From: Callorhinchus milii
Lineage: Eukaryota
DNA: 64,000 nucleotides
Assembly: GCF_018977255.1 (NCBI RefSeq)
Contig: NW_024704743.1
Span: forward strand, 36,582,001 to 36,646,000
Reading direction: 5' to 3'
The number at the start of each line of letters is the position of its first letter. Position 1 is the stretch's first letter. The position numbers and the translations under genes were made by a program. Under the pieces are notes generated by a model that saw only the letters and a program-made list of their open reading frames with translations, was not told the DNA's origin and did not search any database. Below are positions 1 to 13,468 of the stretch, one piece after another.

Positions 1-1586
1 TAAAACAATCTGTGACCGCTTAGCATACTGCTGAATTCAATCTTGCATATTTTTAGGGGTTTGTTTGGGATTGATTTCCAGATGTATTAAGTGATGCTGT
101 TTCCCTAATAAAGGGATACTTGTAAATATGTGTAGACATTAACGTAATGTTTACCAATATTTAAGCAAACAAAACAAAATAACACCACAACATTTCACAT
201 GATTTACCTTCAACTGCAGCATGGCCTTATCTGCCAACCAATATAATTATTTTTTCTGAACTCACTCTTTCCTGACTTCACTGGTGATTTCAGAAATAGC
301 AACTTGACTAGTTTGCATATATGTTGATTACACTATTTTATACTGACCGTGCCCTTCCTTTCTTACCAGGGCTAGCATCTTTCTTCAAATAATTTCTACA
401 CTTGAGATAATCAAAGAAAAAGATGAAATTGTTGATATTGTTTGTTGTATTGATTCTGGAATCTGTTCAATCTTTCCAGGGCCAGATCAGATTCTGGACA
501 CCAATTTAATTTAAGCTCAGATGACAGTAGAGCAATGCAGCATATTTTACTATTAATTATCCATATGGATGATATAGGATGGTATAATTGTGGTAATGTT
601 CTTCTTTATTGATTCAATGACCTGAAAGAAAAAGCAATTGTTCATCCCACAAGAGAAAATGACCTTAGGGGCAGTATCTGTTTAAGAACTTTGCAATATA
701 TCTGGGCTTTTTGACCTTTCTTTCATTGTTAAATTGGATTTTTTTTTACTAGAGTAACATTTTGTATACTCTGAGGTCTTCAATGCTTTTATGCAAAATT
801 ACTTTTAATAATAATTATTAAAATTACTTTTGCTTGAATAATACGACCTACAAACATATCTTTTTCAAATATTTTCTGAGGCAAGAACAAAAAAATTACC
901 AGCATAGAGGGAAGTGGGATCTGTTTGGTTGAGGGCAACAGTTTACTGCAGGATGTGAATCTTCTAAAGTATTCTACAGTTACCATGTCAACATATTTTC
1001 AGACGAAGAAGTCAGATTTGCGTTCCAATCCATATTGACTTTAATAAATGCAATTTAATAGGATTACTGCATGCAATATTAAACGAGAGCAATTTCTTCT
1101 GAATATTAATGAACAGCAACCCAGACTATAAACTGTTTATAATTTTAAATTTGCAAGGGCTCACTCATGTGCCAAAATGAATTGTCTGAATTTTTTTTAA
1201 AAAAGAGGACAAATTGCTAAATTGTTTCTCAGCAAAGAATCATCTCTGATAAAGTTAAAATTGTGTGGATTTGTATCCTTGTTGAAAACAGTTCAGTCAG
1301 AGCATCTCCCAGATCAGCTGTATTTAGTTTAACAGGGCAGACTTTTCAGACCTGCCGGTGATTCCAACCAGTCCCACTCGGTTAAAGTGCAGCACTGGAT
1401 GAGCATTTTATACTTAGTGGCTCCCTTTCCCATGTTTATTGTTGATATGTTTTAGAAATAAATAATTTCAAGATTAAATTATTACTTTTATTGAGTGTTC
1501 AAATGATACGGATTTGTGAAATTTGTATATTTCAAATTGATATTTGTGTTTGATAATTAACTGAGATTTTGTATTTCATTTGAAAG

Positions 1587-1685
1587 ACTGGACTGGAAAG
1601 GCCTTCTGCAGCATCCTTTCTGGAAAGGTGCATTTGCCGGAAATGAAGTGATCGCCAGTGATGATAATAACAGCAATAACTCAAG
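1587..1685 (+). CDS. ULK4: ULK4 internal exon A (end of kinase domain), (R)LDWKGLLQHPFWKGAFAGNEVIASDDNNSNNS
   Basis: tgaaag acceptor, AG|gtcagt donor, phase 2-2. Resembles recalled human ULK4 RLTWTRLLQHSFWKKAFAG. Confidence 0.93.
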
Positions 1686-2181
1686 GTCAGTAAAGGAGGA
1701 CAATATTATTTTAACATTATTATGCAAGCACCTCATGAAAACATTACCGTTGAAAAAAAGGAGCAAATTCACAATACAGGTTATATATAATAAGAGATTA
1801 GATGCATCAACAAAACTGGTTGAATATACAAAGATTTCTAATGTGACTCCTTACATCACTGGTCTATGTTTCCTCCCCCCTCCCCCACCCACATTGGAAA
1901 TAAATTCTTTACTTTTTTTCTCTCATAATCTGCTAAAATTGATGATTAATGAGGATTGTGGTTCCGTACGCCAAGCACTTATGCACATCACTAATCTTAA
2001 CATGTGGGGCTAGACTACACCTATGGTCACCTCCCTCTTCTTCTTGGGATGGGGTCCTATCCTTGTACAGCGCTCTGAGACTCTATCCTGTGTGGAGGGC
2101 ATCATGTAAATGCAAGTAATTGTTGAATGTTAGTAGGTTGTTTCACTATAACATTTCATGAAACTGTTTGTTTGACTATAT

Positions 2182-3728
2182 CATGAAACAAACCACCTGC
2201 TCCCTCAACCCCATCCCTACCCCTCTCCTTATCTCCCAGCTCCACCTCCTTGCCCGTCTACTCACAGACATCATAAACCTCTCCCTGTCCACTGGTACCA
2301 TTCCCACCCCTTAAAAATGACAGTTATCACTCCTATCCTTAAAAAACTCTCCCTGAACCCATCACTGCCCTCAAACTGCCGCCCCTTCTCCAACCTCCCT
2401 TTCCTCTCCAAGGTTCTGGAACGATTCGTTGCTTCGCTCCTTCCTCTCCCACCACTCCCTCCACGAATCCCTCCAATCAGGTTTTCATGTCGGCCACAGC
2501 ACAGAAACAGCCCTGGTTAAAGTGACAAATGACATTCTGTCCATCTGCGAACAGGGCTCCCTCTGTCTCCTCGTCCTCCTTGACCTCTCTGCTGCCTTCG
2601 ACACCATTGACCACTCTATCCTCATCCACCACTTTTCCTCTCACATCAACCTTCACAGTTCTGTCCTTGAATGTTTCAGATCGTACCTCTCACACCACCT
2701 CCACTTCATCTCCACAAATGATTTCTCCTCTAGCTTCTCGGACCGTCTTGTGCAGCATTCTTTAGGGCCCTGTCCTTGGTCCCCTCTTCTTCAATATCTA
2801 TATGCTCCCTCTTGGTGTCATCATCCGCAGACATGGGATCAACTTCCACATGTATGCGGATGACCCCAAACTATACTTTTCTGCTTCCACCCTTGACTCC
2901 AGGACCACTGCTGTCTTGACAGAATGTCTGTCAGACATCAAATCCTGGATAAGAGTTAACTTTTTAACTTTTTCAGTTGAACGTCAACAAGTCCGAGACT
3001 CTCCTGATTGGCTCCGTCAGCACCTCCTCACCTCATGCTCTGACAGCATCACCATCCATGGTTGCACACTCCACCTTACTAAGTCAGTCCGGAACCTTGG
3101 CATCTTGTTTGACCCTCAACTAACCTTTCTACCCCACATCCGTGCCATGACCCGCTCTGCCTTTCTCTACCTCCGCAACATTGCTCGTCTCCGCCACTTT
3201 CTCACACCGCAGGCCACCGAAACCCTCATACACACTTGCATAACATCGAGACTTGACTATGCAAACTCCTTGTTTGTCGGCCTCCCCAACTCCTCCCACC
3301 ATAGCCGCAGATCATCCAGAACTCTGCAGCCTGTGTCCTCTACCGCACCCTACAGGCCTTGCTCCCCCCCCTACCTCTGAAAACTCCTAAATCCCTACCA
3401 TCCTGCCTGCTCCTTTCACTCAGCGGGCTATAGGCTGCTTCACTTCCCCCGCCTTGCCCGCCCCACCATTGGGGGCACCACTCTGCACCCACCCTCTTGA
3501 ACTCCATCCAGCAGTCCCTCTGCTTCGCCCCTTCCCTTGCCTCCTTCAAGATCCATCTCAAGACCATCCTCTTCGACTTTGCTTTCGATCACCCTCCTTC
3601 CTCCCCTGCCCTGCACCCTCCCCAATCCCGACCCCCAGCTCGGAGCCGAAACACTGACTGACCAGCGCCTTCGGACATCCTCCCGTCATGAAAGGCACTA
3701 TACAAATGTAATTTTATTGTTGTTGTTG
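2182..3728 (+). mobile_element. L2-clade LINE, 5'-truncated, frameshifted RT region + 3' UTR
   Basis: ORF fragments HSTETALVKVTND, LLDLSAAFDTIDH, FHMYADD, SRLDYAN; ends in a (ttg)n tail. Confidence 0.9.
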
Positions 3729-4852
3729 ATGTATGACAAGGAAATTGCAGCTAGCTCCATTCTATCCTTGTCTGCTGATTGCACATGTGAAATCGAGCAG
3801 GTTCAATGATCAGGAACCGGAACAATACTATTTTTAATATAAACTTTGCTCTTGGACGAACACAGTTCAGGCATTACTAATGAACAGACTAGCCAACCTG
3901 CCTGATTGGAAGGACTTGGGGCGGTAGACTGGTCACTGGGGAGCGTGGATTCTTCCCACTCAGTTCATGCTAACCTGCAAGCCAAAGCTCTAAACCTTGC
4001 TTCAGGCAGCAAGTTCCAGATTTTTTACCCAACAAAGAAAAGTTCATCAGGGAAACAAGAATTTTATTTGTAAAATAATTTGTCCCGGATGTGAAGAATA
4101 ACTTCATATTCAGTGAATACCGTGGTACCATAATTCTATAAATGCTGCCTGTCAAAGTGCAAAGTGTGGAGTTCTTTTCAGATTCTGTAGAGGATGAAAT
4201 ACATTGTGGCCCTTATTATTATTCAGATTTGTTCAATTTGTAAGGGAGAAAGGAATGTGATTCTATGTGCTTTCTTAAGCTTCTCAGAACCAATTACAGC
4301 TGCAGAGGTATTGCCTATTCATCATACACAATCCACTGAACTGCTATTAACAGTTAATTATACTGCAGATTTACTTATAAAGTTGGCGCCCTGTAAACCT
4401 GCAGCTGACCTCTTGTGCTCTGCATATACAATGACTATATATGTGTGCAGCAAGTGCCCATATACAACCTAATCTGGTTTTGCTAGTAGATTTGGTTATG
4501 TATTGTGCAAACCCTTGAGTGTCCAGCATCTCAGGGCTCCTCCCGGCATGATGTGACAGGCACTATATAAATGCAAATAATTGTTCTTGCGTTGTGTGCA
4601 CAGGAAATGACCAGTAGAAAATTGCAAAAATATTTGCCAAAAATTGCGGGGAAATTTGACATTATTAAGAAAAATTATTAATGCTTTCTTTAACAAACTG
4701 TGTGGCCCACTCGGGCGTTGGGGAGGGAGGGTGGAAACACCAGCGCAGAATAGCTGGTGGAGATCCTACAAACACTCAACATTGCTCGCCAGTGTCCTGA
4801 CCACAGGGCTCCAGGAGGTCACCATCTCCTGCCTCTTGGGGCCACCACTGAA

Positions 4853-5165
4853 CACATAGAGAGAGACACACAAATTCATAGACACACAATCACAGACAGA
4901 GAGATACACTCACAGAGAGACACACCCACAGACACGAAGACACATACTCAAAGACACAGAGAGAGACACACTCGCGAACAGAGGGAGACACCCACAGACA
5001 CAGAAAGACACATACTCACAGACATAGAGAGAGACACACACACACATACTTACATAGAGACACTCCCAAAAAACACACACAGGAGAGATTAGATAGAGAC
5101 ATACACACTCACATAGAGACATTCACAGACAGGCATACACATACAGAAGAGAGGGAAACACACAG
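4853..5165. repeat. Degenerate (AC/AG)n microsatellite tract
   Basis: acacacagagagagacacac-type low-complexity run. Confidence 0.9.
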
Positions 5166-5223
5166 ATAACAGCGGGGCCTTCGGATGAGCGAAGCCCATT
5201 TCCCGGTTGAGCCGCTCTGCCCA

Positions 5224-5445
5224 CAACAACAACAACAACAACAAGATTCCATTTATAAAGCGCCTTTCACGTCAGGAGGACGTCCCAAGGCGCTGCACAG
5301 TTGGGTCATGACCCGAGCAGGGGGGAAATGGTCAGGGGAGGGGAGAGAGCGAGGAGGGGGGAAATGGTCAGGGTGAGGGGAGGGAAGGGAGGGAGCGAGG
5401 AGGGGGAAGAGAGTCGAGAGGGGAGCTGAAGGCTCGGTCAAACAG
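5224..5445 (-). mobile_element. L2 LINE 3' end (same subfamily as the 39503 and 55063 copies)
   Basis: (caa)n tail and a 3' UTR nearly identical to 55063-55240. Confidence 0.85.
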
Positions 5446-5770
5446 AAGTAGTAGTAGAGTTGAATAAACAGCCGGCAGCAGCACGCAGACCCCTAACACT
5501 GCATTTTCACTGCGTTTCGCCCACAAAATATACAGGTAATTCACTTTACAGTATATTCTGTGAAGTGCTTTGAGATGTCTCAAAGACGTGATAAGGCACT
5601 ATATAAAGTGCAAGGATTATTATTATTCACAGGTTTGAAGCGGAGGTGGGTGTTTATAGCAGATTCTGCAGGAAAATTGTGGACGCACTTTTCTATAGGT
5701 TGAGCTCATAGCTCAGAAGTTGGTCATTTTTAGTGCAGGATGCTAGCTGGCTCTCTATACGTAAAATACT

Positions 5771-6085
5771 AATAATAATAATCCTTGCATTTGATATAGC
5801 ACTTTTCACGTTGGGAGGACGTCCCAAAGCGCTTCACAGAACACACTGTAAAGTGAATTGAGTGTATATTTGTGGGCGAACGTGGCAGCCAATTGCGCAC
5901 AGCAATGTCCCACAAACAGTCGTAGATTGAAAATGACCAATTTATTATTGTTTTTTTTGTTTTGGAGGGATTATTATTAGGTGTGTGGAGTAAGGAAACT
6001 TGCCCAAGGTTTCGCCCTGCCTAGAATTGAACTCAGGTCTCTCGCTTGCAAAGCGAGTGCTCTAACCACTGAGCTACTGGACTCC
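5771..6085 (-). mobile_element. Full-length tRNA-Ala-derived SINE
   Basis: Reverse complement of the 15435-15758 copy; tRNA head and (att)n tail. Confidence 0.92.
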
Positions 6086-8566
6086 ACTGTGAGAAACAGT
6101 GAGAAATGCTGATCACACACCTGACAGGGATTTTATGAATCCACAACGTCTGTGTGTTATAGTATTGTAGTTTCCCACAATTATCCAATACCAGGATATA
6201 TAACTTCAAATTTATGAATCGTTCCACATCATAGTATTTCTGGAACGTTTTGTTTCTTGTCAATGCTTAATTGAGGTTGAAAATAAGGAAGTAATGTCTG
6301 ACATGGTAACCAGGTGCATTTCTGTGAAGAGAACAGTAGAGGCCAGGTGTAAATGACAATATTCTTCCCAGTTATACGATCAATGTTTTGAATGAGAAAA
6401 TAAAGCTACAGTAATTGGGTGTGTTATAAGATTTATTTAAATGTGCTGAGTATTTTGTAGTGTAGTGTCTTACAGTTACTTTTTTTGCTGGAGTGGGGAG
6501 GGTTGTTGTTTAGGCAGGTACCAGAGGGTACTGCTGGAATTTAACCGGCTGAAACAGCATAGCTTGCCATCGAGCAATTGGCTGCCGTGTTTTGGCCACA
6601 AATATATAGTCAATTCACTTTACAGCATATTCTGTGAAGCACTTTGAGACTTCTAGAAGACGTGAAAAGCGCTATATCAGATACAAGGATTATTATTATT
6701 ATATCGAGAGCATTGTCTGGCAAGCTTCCTGCTGCTTGTCCAGCTGGAATCACCCTGCCTGAAAGGATTTTGTCTTGCAGGGTTAACAGGAACAGAGTGA
6801 GATTAATCCCGGCTCGCATTGCTCCCATTAGTTTGCCCTTCCAAGTCCAGCCATTCCAGCTGCTGACCCGAATGGCTCAGGAACTTGGACGACTGCAGAC
6901 TGCCTCAATGAGTTGACCCGATTCCAATGTGTTTACTTGATGGAATGCTAAATGATGGAGACGTTTTGATTGAGGAGAAAAGTGTATTCCTTACTTGGCA
7001 GTTTAGCTTGTGCTATTGATTTAAAAAGTTGTGTCATGTAAGAGTTGCTATCTGTTTTTCAATTGTTCTCAGATGCAGAGGATGGTGAGTCAAAGAAGGG
7101 TTATTGTAAGCTGCACTGCAGTCGCACACTCAGTGAAGTCTGTGGGCTTACTCAGGCTCTGTTGTCATAACATGCCCTTTAGCGTTGCCAGGATAATATA
7201 CCATTCTGTGTTGCTAAGCAAACTTTACAATAGAGTTTTCCCTGTTGCTAAGCAAATTGACAGTACTTTCCCAAAAATGTGCTTTTTTGATTATTTCAAT
7301 AATTATGGGCACAGGTTATCATTACAAGATAAGTATCGTTACATTTTGGCTTATAATTCACAAATTAATGGAATTTAAATGAAAGATTTTATTTATAATA
7401 ATAAAATGGTTCCTTCACGTTTCATTAAAAAATGTGTTTGCAACCTTTTAAATTTATGTTCAAAGCTTTATTTCCATTTCAGTGTTTTCTTAAAAATCCA
7501 TCGAGTTTGAAAACTTTTCCTGACAGCGTTGTTATTGCCAGATTAAAGATTAAAGCTACAATAGTTATCATTAAGGATGTGGTATTTTGCTGGAAACAAA
7601 CATTCCTGACATTCCCTCTTCCTCTAATGTTAAATACCAACATGAAAAGGAAATGACTTCAATGAGGCACCGATACAATTTAATTCTGTATGTGTAAAAC
7701 AATGCTTGTTAAAAGAACTGCGCGGTTCAGGGCCGGGAATTTTAATTCATCCTTTGTATTTTCGAGTTCATCTGAATGCCAGAATGATGAGTTGCTGCTG
7801 GAAACTGACATAATTCGCAGGGGCACAGACAGAACTGTTGTTGAGTCAACCAGAATTTAGCAGAAAACAATAGATTTAAGCAAGTGTGCCTGAATACTTT
7901 TCTTTCTGAAACTTTTTATAAACTGACTGCCATTCTGTCCATGATAGGCTTCTGACTCTTGGAACTGAGCCAAGGTCATAAGATTATTAGTATTATTCAC
8001 AGCTGTTCTTCAATAATCCCTTTATGCTCTGATTAGATAAGCAGTAGACAAGAGCAGACATTCACTTCAAAGATAGTTCTTCATAAGCAAAAATGGGACA
8101 ATGGCTTGCATTCTTTACAGAAAATGTGATACATTTATTACCTAAAGGTTTTTCTTTGTGTTCTACAGATCTGTTTCTAATTTTTATGTATATCTGTATA
8201 ATAATATTTGCATTTGATATAGCACTTAACACATTACTAAAACGTCTCCAAACACTTAACACGATTAAGTGTCAAGTGTAGTGACTGTATTTTGAGGGTG
8301 ATTGCAACAGTTAATTTGTGCACAGCAATCTTCCGGGGGTTGAGGATGAGAGAGTAAGTGGGGCCTTCAGGCTGAACTGGCTCCAAGGTGACATGCCTGG
8401 CAATGGAATATCAAAATCGATCCAGCCCTCTTTTGCGGTCTCAGTAGTCCGGTTCCTGAGCCAGGCGGATCTGCAATATCTTGTCACCCTGCTCCTATTG
8501 CTTTCCAGAATTAGGTAAGCAGGATAGACCCTCCAGGAAGAGAGTGTGTATTCCATTCCAATAAGT

Positions 8567-9062
8567 GGAGTCCTGTAGCTCAGTGGTTAAAGCACTCGCT
8601 TTGCAAGCGCGAGACCTGAGTTCAATTCCAGGCAGAGGGCGAAACCTTGGGCAAGTTTCCTTACGCCACACACCTAATAATAATCCCTCCAAAACCAAAA
8701 ACAATAATAAATTGGTCATTTTAAATCTACGACTGTTTGTGGGACATTGCTGTGCGCAATTGGCTGCCGCGTTCGCCCACAACTATACAGTCAATTCACT
8801 TTACAGTATGTTCTGTGAAGCGCTTTGGGACATCCTCCCGACGTGAAAAGCGCTATATCAAATGCAAGGATTATTATTATTATTATTATAAATTGGTCGT
8901 TTTAAATCTACGACTGTTTGTGGGACATTGCTGTGCGCAATTGGCTGCCGCGTTCGCCCACAAATATACAGTCAATTCACTTTACAGTATGTTCTGTGAA
9001 GCGCTTTGGGACGTCCTCCCGACGTGAAAAGCGCTATATCAAATGCAAGGATTATTATTATT
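8567..9062 (+). mobile_element. tRNA-Ala-derived SINE with tandemly duplicated 3' half
   Basis: Head ggagtcctgtagctcagtggtt...ttgcaa...gagttcaattcc (A/B boxes). The body and tail are repeated at 8889-9062. taagt flanks both sides. Confidence 0.92.
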
Positions 9063-9482
9063 AAGTGTCTCTGAAATTTCTACGTGTAGGTGAAAACATC
9101 TGCTTGGCTGCATCGTCCTCCCCTCCCATGTCACTTTCCACGCCACCCAGACCATCCACACTTCCTTCTCCCTCTGCAACGGCTGCTGCCACTCCCCCCT
9201 CCTTACACTCCTTTGCCCCCATTTCTCCCTCCTCCCTCTCAACCACAATCAACCAGATGAAGTTCATCACCTGCTGCCTCAAATCCCTCCCCTCCCAGTT
9301 ATATGTGATAGGCGCTATAGAAAATGCAAGGATTATTATTATATATATGTATGTGTATGTGTATATGTGAAGCTGGTTAAGCCGGACACATTGGGGACAG
9401 GCATTTTGTCTGGTTTAAGAGGTGTCCAGGGATAACCAGAATTCCATTCCTGCCCAGCAGAGGAGCCCCGTCGATGCCGTAT

Positions 9483-9678
9483 AAAAGTAAAAACAATAAT
9501 AAATTGGTCATTTTAAATCTACGACTGTTTGTGGGACACTGCTGTGCGCAATTGGCTGCCATGTTACGCCCACAAATATACAGTCAATTCACTTTACAGT
9601 ATATTCTGTGAAGCGCTTTGAGACATCTAGAAGACATGAAAAGCGCTATATTAAATGTGAGGATTATTATTATTATTA
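9483..9678 (+). mobile_element. 5'-truncated SINE (similar fragments at about 5500-5626, 6565-6702, 12885-12997, 22620-22800, 24341-24545(-), 42315-42533, 52563-52778, 58960-59140(-))
   Basis: Shared body gtttgtgggacattgctgtgcgcaattggctgcc and tail aaatgcaaggattattatt. Confidence 0.88.
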
Positions 9679-11217
9679 CATATATATATTTATATTATGT
9701 AATCTTAGATTAATTCATTAACTGATATATATTTTTAAAAATAGCTTCTCTTGGCTCATTCAGTAAATGTGGTAAGCTGTGTGCTCTAACAATGCGCCAG
9801 GTCAGTCCAAAATGTATTCTTTTTGGTCTGTGGTGAGTTATCAAACCTTAATTAGGATGGCAGTTGGAATCCAGCCATTAGCTTCAAAGCATTAGGCTAA
9901 AAGAGAAAAACTACTGTGGGAGTCTGTTCTATATCAAAATCTAATTGATGTCCTCCTGGACATGTATGTTGTATGAATGCTGTGTATGACTCACATGTAA
10001 CCCTGTGGTTGAATTGCTTACATTTAGGCTGCATTTAAAGAATAGCCACTTGCATGAAACACTGCATTCCCAATTTTTTTTTTAACAAATCCCTCTTTTA
10101 TTAACATTGCTTGGGTTTTTAATTTGAACTACCCATTATCATGGATTGCAAATATTGCTACTTCCAAAATATCTAATTTACAGCAAAAAATAATCAGGGC
10201 CTTGTGTCAGAGCTAATAGCTTCTCTTATTGTTTGCGCCTTGGGCCTTTTTTTCATATGGTTTCCTTTTTATTGCATCAAGATTGAGTATCTATTTAATG
10301 AAGTCCCTGTCAATGCACAATGTATTCACATAATAAGTTTCATTTCTTCATTCATGAATTCGTGTTGCACAATTCTATTTTTGGTGAATGAACCATGTGT
10401 TAAAATTCACCAGGAAACTATGCATCACACATCACACAATTAGTATTCAAGTTAATGAAAAGATGGCACATATATTTTTAATAGGTTCATAGATGAATGA
10501 ATTACATTAACTCTATTCAGTACTAAGGGATCTTCCTTTTGTAGTATTTTGCAGGTCCATGTTTTTCGTGTATACTTTAAAATCAGATTTTATCATTCTA
10601 CATCTTACATATAGAAAAGTTACATGTATTTCTCCATAGTGTGTAATTATATAGAAAGCAGGAGTTAATCCCAATGTGAAAACCTCAAATGTGTCTGGGC
10701 CAACAATCCCCAGATGGTTGTTTGTGGGACTTCTAGCTGCATTTAAACTCTATTCTCCATTCAAATAGAATGATTATCGTTCTCCATGATCAGAAGAAGC
10801 AACAGAAGAGAGAAATCTTCTGGCCAAACCATTATGATGGTGGTGGCAGAATGGGACAGGTTGGGGAAGGTGGGAAAGAAAATAATTATCCAATCTGTCA
10901 TGAAATGTTGAATTTTCCAGTCTTATGATTGCACTGTTGACTGACTGATGTAACATGAGCTTTTATTTACAGGCAGCTGCAGATTAACAAATGTTAGCTG
11001 AGTCTATGCAGGTCTTTTAAAACCCCAGCAATTAGAGAGCAATAATGGCCACCCACTTTGGTTGACCAGCAAAATAAATGTTTTTTGATTGAATATTTTT
11101 GATTCATGGCATAAATCTATGCTATTTTGTTTTTTCTATGATTATTAGTTGACCAAAAAGGTTGTCCATGACTCATATAGAGATACACTTTGTACCTGAT
11201 TTAATTTTTCTTGTTAG

Positions 11218-11348
11218 TAACAATGAAAAGAATGAAAATGTTTCATCCTTCAACATTGGTGAGCTGGGAGAGCCTGGTGGAAAGGAAAGCATACAAGCAT
11301 CAAGTGTTCATCTTGAGAGCAATCGGCAACCAAAATCATACAAAATAG
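11218..11348 (+). CDS. ULK4: ULK4 internal exon B (linker), SNNEKNENVSSFNIGELGEPGGKESIQASSVHLESNRQPKSYKI
   Basis: Polypyrimidine tract + ttgttag acceptor, G|gtaata donor, phase 2-1 joins A and C in frame. Poorly conserved, but the end KSYKI-E resembles human HSFRL-E. Confidence 0.8.
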
Positions 11349-12285
11349 GTAATAATACACTCAGAAGTACTGCTTCTATTTAATTTATTATAATAATTAT
11401 CATTATTATAATTTATTATTAATGTTTGTAAATGTTCAAAGGTGAGATAATGAATGGATCTTAGAATCATTGCTTTTTCCCTATACTTTTGATTTGATTT
11501 TAGTCAAGCATCCATGCAGTTCACTTTTAAATTTTCATGCATTCAACAGCCATCCAAGATGATGGAGGCTGATTCTGAATAGGTGATACATTTTGAAAAA
11601 AAAAGGAATGAAAAGAGTACTAAGTGGAGTAACTTTTGTTCATTTCTAGGCAGCAGGGTAAAGAATGGCAATGGCGCGTATTTGAGCACAGGCCATCAGC
11701 CTGTTCTCTCAGCTAGTGTACAGCACAGGCAATTCTAAAAGGGCAACAGCAAAATCAATTTGATACTGAGGCCAAAAAAAAACTGCACCAATAACAATAT
11801 TGAATTCACAGGAAGAGCATATCTTGATATCAGTGAACAATGACCAAAAATGTATTTTAAACCTCCAAATAATTATACCCTTTTTAACTATTATCTTTTT
11901 ACACAGAGTTGACATGCTTTGTACTGCTTTCCATGAGCATTTCAAAAAGACTGTTTTGTGCAATTAGGATGACGATAATAATAATAAATGTGCTTATTTT
12001 TAATGAGTCCATTAGTGAAGTAGCTCTAACAAATATAATGTTTTTTTCTAAAATACATTCATTCATTGACTGACTTGACAATTGGAATTGCAATCTTCAT
12101 AATATTTCTAAGAATATAGTGAAGTAGTCTGAGCTAACTCTCTAGTACAGATGCTCCATCAGCATGGCCTCGGGTGGACGTTATCAGGGGTGGCAGGTAT
12201 TCTGGCAGCTCTCACACTTTTTTATATGATCTTTTAATCATTATATTATAGATCAGGATTAATCGGTTCTGATTCCATATTACAG

Positions 12286-12355
12286 AAAATCCAGCTGATT
12301 TAAGGCCGAAGAGTGCACTTGACATAAATTCCAAAGAATCCATCTTCCTACTCAG
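12286..12355 (+). CDS. ULK4: ULK4 internal exon C, ENPADLRPKSALDINSKESIFLLS
   Basis: tacag acceptor, AG|gtgtgt donor, phase 1-2. Matches human ENPTEFRPKSTLEGQLNESMFLLS. Confidence 0.93.
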
Positions 12356-12599
12356 GTGTGTGTGTAGAAAGTGCACCTTAAATACACAGCATTACACTGA
12401 GAGTAACCATTGTTATATTATGTTCTATGTTCAAAACCTCCAATTTCTCATCCTAGCCTACCTCTGTGACTTTCTGCAACCCTACTACTTCATGTTCCCT
12501 ACCTGATTTTCCCTTATTGGATCAGGTGGTTGTTAAAGGTCAATGTCACTATTCGAAGAGAGAAGGGAGTTTCTCCCAGTGTCTTGGCCAACAATTCTC

Positions 12600-12875
12600 C
12601 AGAGGTGGGAGGGCGACTGAAGGCATGATCGAAGAGAAGGGTCTTGAGACCGGCTTTGAAGGAGGCAAGGGAGGAAGCGAGGCGAAGGGACCGTGGGATG
12701 GAGTTCCAGAGTGTGGGGGCAGAGAGGCTGAAAGCTCGGCCACTGATGGTAGGGGCGGGTTGGGCGCGAGACATGGAGACCGATGAACGGAGGGAGCGGG
12801 CAGGTGGGTAGGGAGTCAGCAGGTTAGAGAAGTAGGAGGGGACGAGGCCATGGATGGCCTTAAAGGTGAGGACTT
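12600..12875 (-). mobile_element. L2 LINE 3' fragment
   Basis: ORF 12514..12915 contains LTFKAIHGL...GRAFSLSAPTLWNSIP...FKAGLKTLLF. Confidence 0.85.
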
Positions 12876-13368
12876 TATTGGCTGATGTGTTCACCCACAA
12901 AATACACACCGTCATGTCACTTTACAGTATCTACTGTGAAGCGCTTTGAAACCCCCTACCAACATGAAAGATGCTGTATCAAATATAAGGATTATTATTC
13001 TTCTGCTCCCCATTCTGGGGTCCCTTGGACTTATCCCATCCCTCCACATTTCAAAATCCACCTTAAGGGCTATCTTTTTCATCGTGTTTTTGGCAACACA
13101 CCCCCTCTTGGGCTCTGAGCCAGCTGTGTGAAGCACTTTAAGATGTCCTCCCAACATGCAAGGCATTACATAAATGTAAATGATTGTTTTTTATTAAACA
13201 GCCAGAACATTTTATTGCCATTAAGATTGTGTGATACTGTGTTTTGCCATCAGTCCTTTTTCTTTGATATGTTATAGCTATTCTAAGCACCTTTTGGGCT
13301 TTGGTCAAAAATTATGTAAGAGGATATGTAGAAACAGATGCAGCTCATACTTCTTCTATCTGGAACAG

Positions 13369-13468
13369 CTCCCATCCATCACCAAGATCAAGCTCTACTT
13401 TAAACAAGAACAATATAGTTGCCGATCCAGTTCCGAATTCTCCATTGAAAGGCTCCACTTTACCGCAG
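13369..13468 (+). CDS. ULK4: ULK4 internal exon D, SHPSPRSSSTLNKNNIVADPVPNSPLKGSTLPQ
   Basis: aacag acceptor, CAG|gtatat donor, phase 2-0. Start matches human SRPTPRTS. Confidence 0.88.

Noticed and set aside
4757..5122. ORFs with HT/RD/CV repeats
   Set aside because: Translation of the AC/AG microsatellite.
8700..9680. CRISPR-like repeated units
   Set aside because: These are ~175-bp SINE 3' halves in a vertebrate intron, with no repeat-spacer periodicity and no cas genes.
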